Positions 25,740 through 37,081 of a DNA stretch of 64,000 bases are shown here, piece after piece. Under the pieces are notes generated by a model. The model searched no databases, was not told the DNA's origin, and saw nothing but the letters and a program-made list of their open reading frames with translations. Origin of the DNA: Mobula hypostoma (taxonomy: Eukaryota); contig NC_086097.1 in the NCBI RefSeq assembly GCF_963921235.1, positions 147,686,001 through 147,750,000 of the forward strand, written 5' to 3'. The translations under genes and the position numbers were made by a program. Every line of letters starts with the position of its first letter. The stretch's first letter is position 1.

Positions 25740-27765
25740 ACAGTTACAAAGCTCTTCCTTAGCCCAGCTTTTGGAAAATCCGACCACTCTTCAATCCTGC
25801 TTTTGCCAATGTACAGGCAGAAGCTGAAACAAGAGGCCGCCATTGTTAAAGCTGTTCACTGTTGGTCGGATCAATCAGGACTACTGCTGTAGGACTACTT
25901 CAATGACATCGACTGGAATGTCTTCCATGGTGAAGATATCTCCGAGTTCACAGATGGAGTCAGGAAGTGTATTGACGATGTTTTCCCCCAGAAGTCGGTC
26001 AGGGTCTTTCTGAACCAGAAACCTTGGATGAATAGTTCGGTGCAAGCAGCACTTACTGCGCAATACAGAGCTTACATTGCCGGCAATCATCAGGAGCTCA
26101 AGAAAAGTAGCTATGATCTGCGCAAAGCTATCAAGGCTGCGAAACAACAATACAGGGAAAAGATTGAGTCAAGATTCCCAACAAATAGCAGACGTGACTT
26201 GTGGCGAGGTCTGCACACCATCGCAGACTTCAAAGCCAAACGTAGTGGTGCCGCCAACATCGCGGCCTCTCTCCCAGATAAGCTCAATCGCTTTCACGCT
26301 CGGTTCGATGTTGCTAACTCTGAGCCTCTGAGGAAAACCACCGTTTCAACCTGCATCTCTGGTCATCTCTGAGGCTGAGGTATGCAGATGTTTCTAATCT
26401 GTAGACAGTCACAAGGCTGTGGGACCAAATGGCATCCCAGGGCGAATGTTCAGGATGTGTGCAGCACAACTGGCAGATGTGTTTACTGAAATTTTAATCC
26501 CTCCCTCTCCCAATGTAGAGTGCTTTAAATTATCCACCATTGTCCCTGTACTAAAAAAGACCAAGGTAAAATGCCTGAATGACTGGCGTCCTGTCGCACT
26601 CACCTCAATAATAAGCAAATGCTTTGAGAGGCTGGTCAAGGATTACATCTGCAGCTTGCTGCCACCCACACTGGATCCCTTAGAATTCACCTACTGACAC
26701 AACCGATCAACAGAGGAAGCAATAGCCACTGCCCTACATACCATCCTTACACATCTGGAGAAGAAGGATGCTTATGTGAGAATGCTGTTCTTGGACTACA
26801 GTTCAGCATTCAACACCATAATTCCATCCAGGCTCAACAGGAAGCTCAGAGACCTCGGCCTTGACCCTGCCTTGTGCAGCTGGATCCTGGATTTCTTGTC
26901 AGATCACCGGCAGGTGGTAAGGGTGGGCACCCTCGCTCCACCCCTCTGACTGTCAACACAGGAGCCCCTTAGGGCTGTATACTAAGTCCCCTCCTTTACT
27001 CCCTGTATACCCATGACTGTGTCGCCACCCACAGCTCTAATCTGCTAATTATATTTGCCAATGACACTGCATTGATTGGCCCAATCTCAAACAATAGTGA
27101 GGTGGCCTACAGGAAAGATGTCAACTCTCTGACACAGTGGTGTCAAGATAACAATCTCTCCCTCAACGTCACAAAAACAAAGGAGTTGGTTGTGGATTAC
27201 AGGAGGAATGGAGACTGTTAATCTCTATTGACATCAATGGATCTGAGGTTGAGAGGGTAAATAACTTTAAATTCCTCGGCATCCACATCACCGAGGACCT
27301 CACGTGGACTGTACACACCAGTGCCTTTTTCACCTCAGGCAGTTGAGGAAGTCCTATGAACTTTCTACAGGGGCACAGTTGAGAGCATCCAGCCGGGCGC
27401 ATCTCCAGTTGTGAACTTCCCATGATTCAGGACATTTACAAAGACAGGTGTGAACAAAAGGCCAGAAGGATCATTGGGGACGTGAGTCACCCCAGCCACA
27501 ATCTATTCCAGCTGCTACCATCCGGGAAATGGTACCGCAGCATAAAAGCCAGGACCAACAGGCTCCGGGACAGCTTCTTCCACCAGGCCATCAGACTGAT
27601 TAACTCATGCTGATTTAAGTGTATTTCTATGTTACGTTCTATTTATTATAAATTATTATAAATTACTATGAGTGCACATTACACATTTAGACGGAGACAT
27701 AATGTAAAGTTTTTTTACTCATGTATGTGGAGGATGTAAAAAAATAAAGTCAATTCAACTCAAAT
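25740..27765 (+). mobile_element. Rex1 LINE, decayed and internally deleted
   Basis: Motifs [42 protein letters not shown] and LLPSGKWYRSI; tail AATAAAGTCAATTCAACTCAA. Confidence 0.85.
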
Positions 27766-28190
27766 GCAATGCAATTCTTAAAATTACTCCTTTCTCGTTT
27801 ATAAATCTAAAAATTGATAAGGCAAACATAATAAATTTCTCAATTCTGGGTTGAACTTGAGATGAGCACACATGGATTTCACCTTCAACTGAACTAAGAC
27901 GATTTCTATCCTCGCCCTTGTTCCTTGTAAAACAAGAAAAAAAGCTTGCGCACAGATGTAATAAATTGAAAACTGCAGCAAAATGTTCATTGCTTTGCGA
28001 TGGATGGCAGGATACTGTTTCTTTCACAGAAACCCAGAACTTGTCCGGGCCAGGTCAGTAAACTCATCTTGAGTGCATGATCGGAGGGCTTTCCACAAAG
28101 TTCATTCTTTTCTCTCAATGTCAAGTTCTCAGGCTGAGCAGAAGATTCAGAGAAAGGGTCACTCAGCCAGTCATACATTTGTGTTGAAAG

Positions 28191-28874
28191 TCAGGGGAGA
28201 AGATGGCGGCGCGATGGCAGCTTGCGCGGCCTCTCCGGTGATGAATATCTGTTATCTGTTAAGTAGGGGACCGTGCACAATTCTGATTTGATGGAGACAG
28301 ATGTGAGTGCACAGCAGAATATCTGGAAAACTTCTGAAATGTCTGCTTTGCTACCGCTGCTACTGTGTGGTATCCGGAATTTCTGGAGCTGAAGGCCCCG
28401 AAATCCTCGGCTTTGCATGTTTCAGCGGCCGGGGAGAAGTTGAAGGCGCTCGGCAAAGGCTGGCGCTCGGGAGGCTGTGTCAGTGGGGCTGCTCGGAAGC
28501 TCGGAGTTTTCGGACGGATGGACTCAGGGTCGGCTGTGGTCAGCTGCTTCCAAGGTATCGGCAAGTTGATGGTGCCTGGAGGTTTATGGCATGGAGTTTC
28601 TCCCTTTTTGCTGCCTGTTATCGGGGACTCGGGAGTCGATCGACTCGGTGACTTTGAGACTTTTTTTACTGTGCCTATGGACTGTTCTTCATCTAATTAT
28701 GGTATTGCTTTGCACTGCTGTGACTATATTATAATTATGTGGTTTGTCAGTGTGTTAGTCTTTGGTCTGTCTTGTTTTCTGTGATATCACGCCAGAGAAA
28801 CATTGTATCATTTCTTAATGCATGTATGCGTTTCTAAATGACAATCAAAGAGGACTGAGTGTTCTCATAATCTA
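28191..28874 (+). mobile_element. Non-autonomous retroelement (unclassified)
   Basis: CpG-rich 5' end AAGATGGCGGCG, LINE-like T-rich 3' end and no RT ORF. It interrupts the hAT reading frame (QYFSTL|STQMYDW). Confidence 0.6.
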
Positions 28875-29229
28875 AAAGGGTGGAAAAATACTGGTCAATT
28901 TTATTCTGCCGTTCTTCCAACTGGTTTTCAATAAGACTCGAGACTTTCTGACATCCTTGCTCACTCTCATGCCCCAATAGCAATGAAAACATTTCAAGAT
29001 TTTCTTTTGCAACATGATTTTCCCAAGGATTCAGTTTCCTTTTAAATCCAAGAATTTTGTCACCTGATGTCAAAACAGTTTCTCAAAGGGCCTTGCAGAG
29101 ACTTGTTTAACTGGTGCATATGATGAAAAATGTCTATTAATTAGGCTAGTTCCTGTAGCTATTCCTTATCTTCAAAGCACTTAGCAAAATTTGGCCTATG
29201 ATTTTCTTGAAAGTACTCCTGCTTTGTGG

Positions 29230-31372
29230 ATGTGGATTACAGATTACAGCAGGTGATGGAAAAGGTGTGACAGAACGGCAGTGTCATGATAATCATTGGG
29301 GATTTTAACATGAAAGTGGATTGGGAAAACCAGGTCAGTACTGGACCTCAAGAGAGAGAATTTGTAGAATGTGTAAGGGATGGCTTTTTAGAAGTTTTTT
29401 GTTGAGCCCACTAGGGGATTGGCTGTGCTGGATTGGGTGTTGTGCATTGATCCAGAGGTCATAGGAGAGATTAAGGTTAAGGAAACCTTAGGGAACAATG
29501 ATCACAGTATGATTCAGTTTACTTTGAAATTTGAGGAGGAGAAACTAAAATCCAATGTGTCGGTATTTCAGTGGAATAAAGGAAATTACAATGGCATGAG
29601 AGCGGAACAGGCCAAAGTTGACTGGAAAAGGGACACTAGCAGGAAGGACAGCAGAGCAGTAATGGCTGGAGTTTCTGTGAAAAATGAAGGAAGTGTAAGA
29701 CAAATATATTCCAAATAAGAAGATATTTTCAAATGGAAGAAGGACACTACCATGGCTGACAAGTGAAGTCAGAGTCAAAGTAAAAGCAAAAGATAGGGCA
29801 TACAAGGAAGCCAAAATTAGTGGGAAGATAGAGGATTGGGAAACTTTTTTAAAACTTGCAGAAGGAAACTAAGAAGGTCATTTGGAAGGAAAAGATGAAT
29901 TACGAAAGGAAGCTGGCAACTAATATCAAAGAAGATACTGAAAGCTTTCTTAAGTATATAAAGGGAAAAAGAGAGTCGAGGGTAGATATAGGAACAATAC
30001 AAAATGACGCTGGAGATATTGAAATGGCAGTGGCAGAGATGACAGAGGAACTGAATGCGTATTTTGCATCAGTCTTCACAGTAGAAATATCTGCATTGTA
30101 CCAGACACTCAAGAGTGTCATGGAAGTGGAGTTTGTGCGCTGAAAATTAGGACTGAGAAGGTGCTCAGGAAGCTTAAAGGTCTGAGGGTGGATAAAATCT
30201 CCTGGACCTGAAGGAATGCACTCTTGGGTTCTGTGGGAAGTAGCTGGAGAGATTGTGGAGGCATTACCAACGATCTTTCAAGAATTGATAGATTCTGGCA
30301 TTGTACCGGATGACTGGAAAATTGCAAATCTTACTCCACTATTTAAGAAGGGTGGGAGGCAGCAGAAAGGATACAATAGACCTGTTAACTTGACATCAGT
30401 GCTTAGGAAATTGTTGGAATCAATGGTTAGGGATAACATTACCCCATACCTGGAGGCATGTGACAAGACAGGCCAAAGCCAGCATGGTTTCTTGAAGGAA
30501 ATTCCTGCCTGACAAACCTCCTGCAATTTTTTGAGGAAATTACAAGCAGCATAGACAAAGGACATGCAGTAGATTTGCTGTACTTGGATTTTCAGAAAGC
30601 CTTTGACAAGGTGCCGCACATGAGGCTGCTTAGCAAGGTAAGAGCCCAAGGAATTGCAGGGAAGTTACTGGCATGGGTGGAGCATTGGCTGATCGACAGA
30701 AAACAGAGAGTGGGAATAAAGGGGTCCTATTCTGGCTGGCTGCTGGTTACCAGTAGAGTTCCACAGGGGTCGGTGTTGGGACCATTGCTTTTTATGATGT
30801 ATGTGAATGATTTGGACAATGGGATTAATGGATTTGTGGCTAAATTTGCTGATGATACAAAGATAGGTGGAAGAGCATTTAGTGTTGAGGAAACAGAGAG
30901 CCTGCAGAGAGACTTAGATAGTTTAGGGGAATGTGCAAAGAAGTGGCAAATGAAATACAATGTTGGAAAATGTATAGTCATGCACTTTGGTGATAGAAAT
31001 AAATGGGCAGACTATTATTTAGATGGAGAGAGAATTCAAAATGCAGAGATGCAAAGGGACTTGGGAGCCCTTGGGCAGGATACCCTGAAGGTTAACCTCC
31101 AGGTTGAGTTGGTGGTGAAGAAGGCAAATGCAATGTTGGCATTTATTTCTAGAGGTATAGAATATAAGCACAGGGATGTGATGTTGAGACTCTATAAGGC
31201 AGTCGTGAGACTACACTTGGAGTATTGTGTGCAGTTTTGGGCTCCTTATTTTAGAAAGGATATACTGACATTGGACAGGGTTGAGAGAAGATACACGAGA
31301 ATGATTCCAGGAGTGAAAGGGTTACCGTATGAGGAATATCTGGTAGCTCTTGGGCTGTATTTCCTGGACTTT
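29230..31372 (+). mobile_element. CR1 LINE (APE C-terminus + RT), decayed
   Basis: Motifs IIGDFN, LGNNDH, DDWKIANLTPLFKKG, YLDFQKAFDKVPH, VPQGSVLGPLLF, KFADDTK and HLEYCVQFW. Confidence 0.92.
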
Positions 31373-32999
31373 ATGGGCAACTGCTGGTCTTCCATATAAC
31401 CTTGCCCAGGCCTGTGCCCTGGAAACCTTCCAAGGCGCAAATTCATGGTCTCGTGAGGCTAATGGATACCTATTATATTTTTAAACTTTTATAGTTTTGT
31501 ATAAAAAAGATGGACTTCTTTGAGTCTGTTGTTGCATTGGTGGACTGAAATAACTCAGGTTTGTAATTCTTCATCATAAGATTATGGGGAAAAGGAAGGA
31601 GAATGGCGTTGAGAGGGATAATAAATCAGCCATGGAGCAGACTCGATAGATTGAATGGCCTAATTTTGCTCCTATGTTATGTGGGATGGATTTTTGGTCG
31701 GGGAGAACATATGGGAAGGTGGTCCTGAGTTCAACATTCACCGGGGTTAATTAAGAAGAGAGGCATAGTATTGCAGAATTTAGTGGTTTGAATTGCTGTG
31801 TTGCAGGTATACTTTGTAGAAATACTTTGTCATCAGGTTTATGGCATCTATTACTGTATGAATTTTCCCTTAAATGCTTGAGAAACACGAGTTGCCCTCT
31901 GTTTTTAGTCCGCGCTAGACCTAAACATTACTAAGAATAATTCTCAAAATATAAGCCTAAACTAATCTGTGTAAAGCAATTTAACTATAGGAAGTTTAAG
32001 TCAATCTTTGAGAAGGTGTTTTGCACCATTGCTGACCCAAGTCCAACTTAATTTGGTGTATGACTGGTCAGCAAGCTAAGGGTTGGCAAAGATCCATTTT
32101 ATCCATGTGTGTAGGTAGGCTGTGTTAATGTCCAATTGATAATTGCTGTTTAATATCTTACCAGAACTCTCCTGTTGACCCTGATATTGAGGCAACCCAT
32201 TCAGTTGCATATTACTTCCCACTGATTAACTGTGATACCACAACTCTAAAGCATCCAGCAAGGTGAAGGAAAATAAGTTTTCCATTTAACAGAACTTAAG
32301 CACATCCTTGTATGCTACTTGTAAATCAAAAAATTCCTGTGAATTTTGGAGTTAACCTTTGATAGTGCAATGTGAACTCTGAAAAATGTTAGAAAGCTTG
32401 ATGGAGTTCCACTTGTATTTACATTTGTAATGGAAGATCCTGTGCAGTAGAACTCAGGTTTTTAGCTTTTGTGACATTCTTGAATAGCACTAAAGTACAT
32501 CTACACAAATGATGGCAGTTGCAGGTATTTGATGCACAAGTGGGAAATTAAAACTCAGTATTATGTGACTAGCCATCTAAAATATTTGAATAGAAATACA
32601 TGGATATTTTCACGTGTTTTTTTTCCCCCAGATCTGGCATCTGGAGCAACTGTATTTAGAGAGTAATACGTCAATTACAGAATGCAGAAGAATTTAATGT
32701 TTGATTCAGACATCTGATAATGTCCTAATAATGTCACTGATAGATGTTGAAGATTTTTAAATGCTCTTTGATAACCATAGCTACCTGTCAAAGCTTTAAG
32801 AGTTTGGCTTTCTCTGTGCAGTGTTGGAGGCCCATTGTTATTCAGACCACACTGTAGAATTTGTGTTACTGTGGGCCAGCAAAGAAGGTCCTCAGCAGGT
32901 GGATCTGGTAAATGTGGGTATGGGGACACTACGGTGGCTGAGTCCTGAATCTGTAAAATGTATTTATCTGGCTTAACCAGCTGCATGTAAAATTATAAT

Positions 33000-35263
33000 T
33001 GTTATTTTATATTAACCATAATAAAGAACGCTCTTGGATGAAGATTAGGCATGGGCAAATGACATGGAATTTGAGAACTTTGGACTTACTGCTATTTAAC
33101 AGAAGTTCAGAGTAAACTCTTGTGTGAAAATGTTCATCTTTCAATGAGATGGATGTGCTTGGTGCAATGATATCAGCTTCTCAACATCAGACTGAATGTC
33201 ACTCAGAAATAATCTCATATCCCCACATTCAGTAATTTGCAGTCAGTTTCATTGCTTTGAAAGAATTTGGGCACTGCATTGAAATCGTGCTCTACTAAAT
33301 GTAATGTTGGAAAGGCAAGATGGACTATCTTGACCTTTTTCCACAGTGTTTTGAGATTTTCTGCAACTGAAAATCTTGATATGTTTTTTGAAACTCAGCA
33401 TCATTTTGTTTGGTCAGTTTTTCCTCCATCCTTCCTGTTAATTCCTCATTACGCATATTTAGGAATTGAATTATTAACCAACATGGAATTTGAATCGAAA
33501 GAAGATCATGACATGTCTTTATGCAGATCACCCAGGTGGACACAGTATACTTGAAGATCATCACCTAGTATTCTTTATTTTGTCTTCCAACTCAGGGGTT
33601 CGGAAATTGGAAAGGTTGCAACAGCTAATGTTGCACTCAAGTAGTGTTAACTTGGACAGAGATTTGGAGAAAACTGATGTGACTTTGATAATATTCACTT
33701 CATTTCCCTGCAATTGAAGATTGGGTTCATGAAATTTTGTGAATATTTCTGACAAATAAGCAATGCTGTGAATAATATTCTTGTGTTGATACCTGAATGA
33801 AGCGTTCAAGTCTTCAAGGGATTTGATCACAGTTTAAAAAAGCGCAAAAAAGGGTCTTGGGCATTTTCCTTTTGAGAGCCACCTGACTTCTGTGTGCAGT
33901 GGCAAGCATTCAAACTGTTCATTATTTTCAACACAAAGCTCTCAAAATAGTCTACAATTGAAAGCATGGGACTTGACTTTATTTACCAGTATGATAACAG
34001 TAGTTAATGAATTTATAAAACCAATTACTTAGGTTTTTTGTGACAAGATGTTGTCTGTGAATTACATAGTGAGTGGTAAATATGTTAGGTACAGCTTTTT
34101 TCAATAGTAGTGTCCTGTCGTTGATGGTCCCCTAACTGTTGCACAAGCAAGAATGTTGGTGAGCGGAATACCCTTCTTTCTGAAAAATTGCTCAGCAACC
34201 TGAAGTGTTAACTCCCCCTTCCATATCTGTTCCTGGTTCCCTTGTAAATAACAACTCCTGAACCATGCTTTCATCTTTTATGAAGCAAAGATTCATTGCT
34301 TGGCTAAGTTAACTCATCTAACTGAATGGCAAATTCTATTGTCCTAAGTATGTTGCACAATGTTTCATTCACATTCTCAGACATTTTAGCTATTCATTTT
34401 TGAACAGTGTGATCACTGAGTGGAATTGCTTTAATTATTTGATCTGGTGACATATGTAAAGCCATACTCTGAACCTTCCCTACTACCGGCAGAATCAGCT
34501 TTGCTCCAATTGTATGGGGCTTTACAGATTTAGCTTGTTGCAGGTGTGAATCCATATTTCAGATACTCCACACTCTACTGTCTGTCTACATTACTTTTTC
34601 ATTTGGTCTGTTCCTGCTATTTTTGCTAGGAATTAATGACCACAGTCAATCACCTATTGTTTTAGGTCCAACCTCAAGTGATGTGATCAATAACGGGGAA
34701 GTTATGATGTCATCAGAGTAGAAGCAAAACCTGACTCTCATGGGGCAGTGATATCTTACTTGGGCTGTAGGCTAGAGAAATGCGGTGAGGACCATTTAAA
34801 AGGGAAAATTCTGAACTTTACCATTGAGTGCCCCACCCTACTCCACAGGAATTGCATCACTATGTGATTAGAGTATGGGAATTGTATTATCTAACAATGT
34901 ACTGTAGTAGTGAACGGCAGTAATGCGCAGGCCAGGCCCAGAAATAACACAATTCCTTCAGTCATGATATGCCAAATATAGAAGTGTCACATTGCTTTTC
35001 AACAACTATAATACACTTTGAGCAAAGTCTAAGAGAACATTGGGTTAGAAGACATTATGTATACATTATTATTGTAATAATGATGAAGCAGTGAGGATCA
35101 AATTCTTATGATTAGTTAATTTCTTAAATTAAGCCTAAAATCCCTCAGCTGCCCTCCTTGCTATCAAGCACCCATCCCCAACCACCCTTTTTATCTTTAT
35201 CTCCCTCTTAGAAACTCCCACTGCCCCCAGGGGGGAGGCAATGTCACCCACTTTGGGAACTAC
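33000..35263 (-). mobile_element. hAT transposon remnant
   Basis: Reverse strand has hAT catalytic-region motifs HYVIHRQHL (~34045-34071), LHTEVRWLS (~33874-33899) and IAYLSEIF..NLQLQG. A possible hAT-type end CCCACTTTGGGAACTACTG lies near 35263. Boundaries are approximate. Confidence 0.7.
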
Positions 35264-35773
35264 TGATTTACATCCACCTCAAAAAGTTCATTATTACAGT
35301 AATTGGCTCCATTTTAGTTTAAGTTTTATTGAAATAAAATAAAACATGCCAGTGACTTTTTTCAATGTCAGATCTCTTCTTGTATTGTGACCAATAGGTA
35401 GCCTTTGCATTATTGTAGGATATCACTATCCCTTAATGTGATTAAATAAGACATTCAAATGAAAACAACACCTTGTGTTTGCTTAGCACCTTTACTTGGT
35501 AAAGTCTCCAGGGGACTATTGCAACAATTCCAAATAAATAAAATGCTGAACTTTTTAAGGAGTTATAACAATAATATGTAATGGAATTTAAGATTATTTT
35601 AGAGGAAGAAAAGGAAGGGAGAGATTTAGACCAACTTTGACAGCTTTAGGGTCGTTGTGCTGAAGGCACAATGGCTGAGGTAGTATGATTATTATCAATT
35701 GATTAACATAATACTGGTGATGACTGGGAGAAGAGATAATGAAAACATTTGACCATCTCTATTTGTATTTCAG

Positions 35774-35849
35774 TGAGTCTGTTAGTGTTCCCATGATTCC
35801 TCTTGGCCTGAAGGAGACAAAAGAAGTTGAACTGACGATGCCTCTACAG
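35774..35849 (+). CDS. RHPN1: Rhophilin-1-like exon (ESVSVPMIPLGLKETKEVELTMPLQ)
   Basis: tttcAG acceptor, CAG|GTtggt donor, 76 bp; rhophilin motif PMIPLGLKETK. Confidence 0.9.
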
Positions 35850-36522
35850 GTTGGTAATTACCTATAATGACACAATCAAGGATCTTCAAAAGAAATATAC
35901 TTGTATAATTATTTATCTTACTACCATGGTACAACTCTGTATTAATGGACAATAGATTTCTTTCCAATTGCATTCTGTTGCACTTTGCTAGCACAGAGCT
36001 CCTGACTATGCCTGCTTCTCGTGAATATTCAGTGATATTCTTCATTTAACTCACAAATAATCTTGAAGAATTAGTTGCCAGGTATTAAAGCATTTTGATA
36101 TAAAATGAGCACCTCTAATTCTTAGTTCTTAAGAGTGGTTTGTTTCACAAGTGAATAAGAATAACAGTATGTTTTGCAGGAAAGGCAGGTGTTATTTCAT
36201 ATTCTGTTTTTCCAGTTATTTATTCTATGCATCCATGTTGATCCAATTTAAGTTATTTCCATTTTTTTATTTACAGTACTGTTTGTGGAAAAAGAGAGAA
36301 ATAATCTGAATGTCAACTCTAGTCCCTAGTTACAAGAAGCAGTTATAATTTCACAGTGCCTAGGCAAATGAGTTTAGTTCACGTTCATCAAAACTCTTTT
36401 GTTTATTTGGCATCCTTATTCCCCAGGCACCATAGCACCATTGTTGTTGACATTAAGTACATGACACTCCATTCATTGGCACCAAATTATTAATTTGTGT
36501 ACATACCACTTGAAAATCTGAG

Positions 36523-37057
36523 TGTCATGTGCTGTAAGGTTTCACTGCTAATGTAATGGCTTCTCTGCAGCAGTATTTTGGTTATGACTGGAGAAAATGG
36601 GGGCTTTGGAATGTGTGCCATCCAATGAGAGGCATGTTGTTTCTTTCTTGTGGGTCTGAAAGAAGGGATTTGCGGTCTTTTGTCGGCTGGAGATGAAGAG
36701 AGAAAATGCGAATGGAGAGATTTGGTAGACCGCCCAACAGAGTGGACTTGGAGCAATGGTCTGAGGGTTGGCAACGCTCGGAGGAGTCGATGGGGAGCGA
36801 ATGGACGGAACCATGAGCTCCAATGTTGCGCATTAGACTGTTTCATGAGAATGGGCCCTTTTCCTTTTTTGTTTCTTGACTGATGGTATAGTCAAATTAA
36901 GAATTATAAAGCTCAGTCATTTAATTGCATACTGTTTGTTATTTCATGGTACTGATTTGTGACAGGGGAGACATCACGCAGCATCCACCCAAAGGAGATT
37001 TCTTAAGTTTGGCCTGTCTTCCCCTAGATTAGGCCGCTAGTTGAACCTAGGGTTACA
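36523..37057 (+). repeat. 5' LTR
   Basis: Begins TGTCA and ends GGGTTACA; direct repeat of 42776-43366. Confidence 0.92.
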
Positions 37058-37061
37058 ATTG

Positions 37062-37081
37062 TGGGGGTATCATTCTGGATT
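37062..37081 (+). promoter_or_regulatory. Degenerate primer-binding site, probably tRNA-Pro
   Basis: TGGGGGTATCATTCTGGATT just after the 5' LTR resembles the tRNA-Pro PBS TGGGGGCTCGTCCGGGAT. Confidence 0.6.

Larger units (their letters stand above)
25518..29225 (-). mobile_element. hAT (Charlie/Buster-like) transposon remnant, split by nested retroelements
   Basis: hAT-like end CAGCCCTTCTCAACC at 25518. Transposase C-terminal fragments at 27780-28190 (YDWLSDPF..; ILLQFSIYYICAQAFS..RNRL) and 28875-29225 (DKILGFKRKLNPW..LEMF). Confidence 0.7.

Noticed and set aside
32615..32700. Strong-looking acceptor (tttttttcccccAG) as a hidden exon
   Set aside because: No rhophilin-like translation or convincing donor was found, and the longest frame stops quickly.
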